Below, piece by piece: positions 61,797-64,000 of a DNA stretch of 64,000 bases. A program made the translations under genes and the position numbers. Source of the stretch: Hemiscyllium ocellatum. Lineage: Eukaryota. The notes under the pieces are model-generated. The model saw nothing but the letters and a program-made list of their open reading frames with translations. It made no database searches and was not told where the DNA came from. The first letter of the stretch is position 1. The number at the start of each line of letters is the position of its first letter. The stretch is from NCBI RefSeq assembly GCF_020745735.1, contig NC_083433.1:19045363-19109362 (forward strand). Reading direction: 5' to 3'.

Positions 61797-64000
61797 GGAG
61801 AATGGGAAAAATTTCTGGCTGTAAGAGCTGCTCCTTTTTTTGAGGTATTTTAGGTGTTGGAGGTGATTTCCTTGAATTCCAGGAGCAGCAATTCCTGTTT
61901 TATTTGCTGCTGCATTGTTTGGGAACGTTGGAAAAAAAAAGTCAAAACAACAGCAGTTTTAAAAGGGAGAAGGGCAGACAAAGGAAGCACTTGGTGAGGA
62001 CAGTGCAGGGGAGAGAGAGAGAGAACGAACGAACGAACCTGCATAGTTACTGCCTTTGCTGTTTGAATTTGTGTATTGCTGGACATCGGAGTGCATCTGG
62101 GAAAATTAACAAACAGTGAAATTCACAACTAATCTTGGAGGAACTGTTGGGCGAAGTTCACATCACATAATCAGATAAGTTAATTGTTGTTTTAAGTCTG
62201 TCCAAGAGAAAGGCTGCAGTAGTGAGTATAGTGGATTCTTTCTTGATTATATGTTTTTGGAGATAAGTCTCTTGATTAAACTTAAAATATAAGCCATAGC
62301 TATTAATTTAACTTGGGGCAGTGTTTGTAGAGGAATAAGATGGTGTTATTTTCTGGGTCTGTAGATTGTGAAGGAGCAAAAATGGCCTTTGCAGTGATAT
62401 GTACTTCTTGTCAGATGTGGGAGTTTAAAGAGAGTTTAAGGGTCACTGCGGATTATATCTGCCATAAATGCTGTTGGATGCAAATCTTATCAGATCGAGT
62501 GGATCGACTGGAGAGACAGATAGAAGCGATGAGGAATTTGCAACAGCAACAGTATGTGATGGATGGCAGTTATAGGAAGGGGGGAAAGTCTCAGATACAG
62601 TCACATAGATGGGTTAACTCCAGGAAGGGTAAGAGAGGTGGGCAGCTAGAGCAGGAGTCTTGTGTGGATATACCCATTTCAAACAGGTATGCTGTTTTGG
62701 AAAATGTAGGGGGTGATGGATTCTCAGGGGAACGTAGCACAAACAGTCAAGTTTCTGGTATTGAGACTGGCTCTAATGCAACGAGGGGTACGTCGGCTTC
62801 CAAGAGATCAATTGTGTTCGGGGATTCTGTAGTCAGAGGTACAGACAGACGTTTCTGTGGCCAGCAGAGAAAAAGCAGAATGGTGTGTTGTTTCCCTGGT
62901 GCCAGGATCAAGGATGTCTCAGAGAGGGTGCAGAATGTTCTCACAGGGAGAGGGGCCAGCAAGAGGTCATTGTGCACATTGGAACCAACGATATAGGAAG
63001 GGAAAAGGTTGAGACTCTGAAGGGAGATTACAGAGAGTTAGGTAGAATTTTAAAAAGGAGGTCCTCAAGGGTAGTAATATCTGGATTACTCCCAGTGCTA
63101 CGAGCTAGTGAGGGCAGGAATAAGACGATAGAGCAGATGAATGAATGGCTGAGGAGCTGGCGTATGGGAGAAGGATTCACATTTTTGGATCATTGGAATC
63201 TCTTTTGGGGTAGAAGTGACCTGTACAAGAAGGACGGATTGCACCTAAATTGGAAGGAGACTAATATACTGGCAGGGGAATTTGCTAGAACTGCTTGGGA
63301 GGATTTAAACTAGTAAGGTGGGGGAGTGGGACCCAGGGAGATAGTGAGGAAAGAGATCGATCTGAGACAGGTACAGCTGAGAGCAGAAGTGAGTCAAATA
63401 GTCAGGGTAGGCAGGGACAAGGTAGGACTAATAAATTAAACTGCATTTATTTCAATGCAAGGGGCCTAATAGGGAAGGCAGATGAACTCAGGGCATGGTT
63501 AGGAACATGGGACTGGGATATCATAGCAATTACGGAAACATGGCTCAGGGATGGGCAGGACTGGCAGCTGAATGTTCCAAGATACAAATGCTACAGGAAG
63601 GATAGAAAGGGAGGCAAAAGAGGAGGAGGAGTGGCATTTTTGATAAGGGATAGCATTACAGCTGTGCTGAGGGAGGATATTCCCGGAAATACATCCAGGG
63701 AAGTTATTTAGGTGGACCTGAGAAATAAGAAAGGGATGATCACCTTATTGAGATTGTAGTATAGACCCCCCAATAGTCAGAGGGAAATTGAGAAACAAAC
63801 TTGTAAGGAGATCTCAGCTATCTGTAAGAATAATAAGGTGGTTATGGTAGGAGATTTTAACTTTCCAAACATCATCTGGGACTGCCATAGTGTTAAAGGT
63901 TTAGATGGAGAGGGATTTCTTAAATGTGTACAAGACAATTTTCTGATTCAGTACCTACTAGAGAAGATGCAAAACTTGACCTACTCTTGGGAAATGAGGC
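61797..64000 (+). mobile_element. CR1 LINE 5' portion: 5' UTR, ORF1 (zinc-finger/coiled coil + SGNH esterase) and start of ORF2 (AP endonuclease); disrupted
   Basis: ORF1 CxxC...CxxC, IVFGDSVVRG, VIVHIGTNDIG, DGLHLN with a frameshift near 62965. ORF2 LNCIYFNARGL, IAITETWL, GGGVA with a stop at 63711. Confidence 0.9.

Overview
Repeat-rich vertebrate genomic DNA, by inference from a cartilaginous fish (shark-type tRNA-derived SINEs with a CR1-like tail, CR1 LINEs, Penelope-like elements). Hidden among the repeats, and mostly missed by the ORF track because the exons are short, are three reconstructable spliced genes. (A) On the minus strand, a ~29-kb gene for a non-rearranging single V(J)-type Ig-superfamily receptor: leader 38638-38602, V-J exon 37150-36795 with a 1-nt frameshift, stalk+TM 24083-23925, cytoplasmic exons 11742-11681 and 9839-9594 carrying IHYTTL and MVYAEV ITIM/ITIM-like motifs. 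It is NITR-like and predicted inhibitory. (B) On the plus strand, a divergently oriented paralogue-like gene: leader 58792-58831 and an intact germline-joined VJ exon 59950-60288 with FGTGT; its downstream exons are not seen in the window. (C) A GC-rich Myb/SANT-like gene of the Harbinger-derived NAIF1/MYPOP/MSANTD type (22866 to ~18431 or 16776), nested on the SAME strand inside the TM-to-cytoplasmic intron of gene A. The repeats include a young 5'-truncated Penelope-like element (RT + GIY-YIG), many short palindromic PLE terminal-repeat insertions with 9-14 bp target-site duplications carrying minimal hammerhead ribozymes of several families, a 1.6-kb PLE palindrome inside a CR1, and minisatellites. 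Exon boundaries were read by hand from splice consensus and phase. Repeat boundaries are approximate. No database searches were possible.
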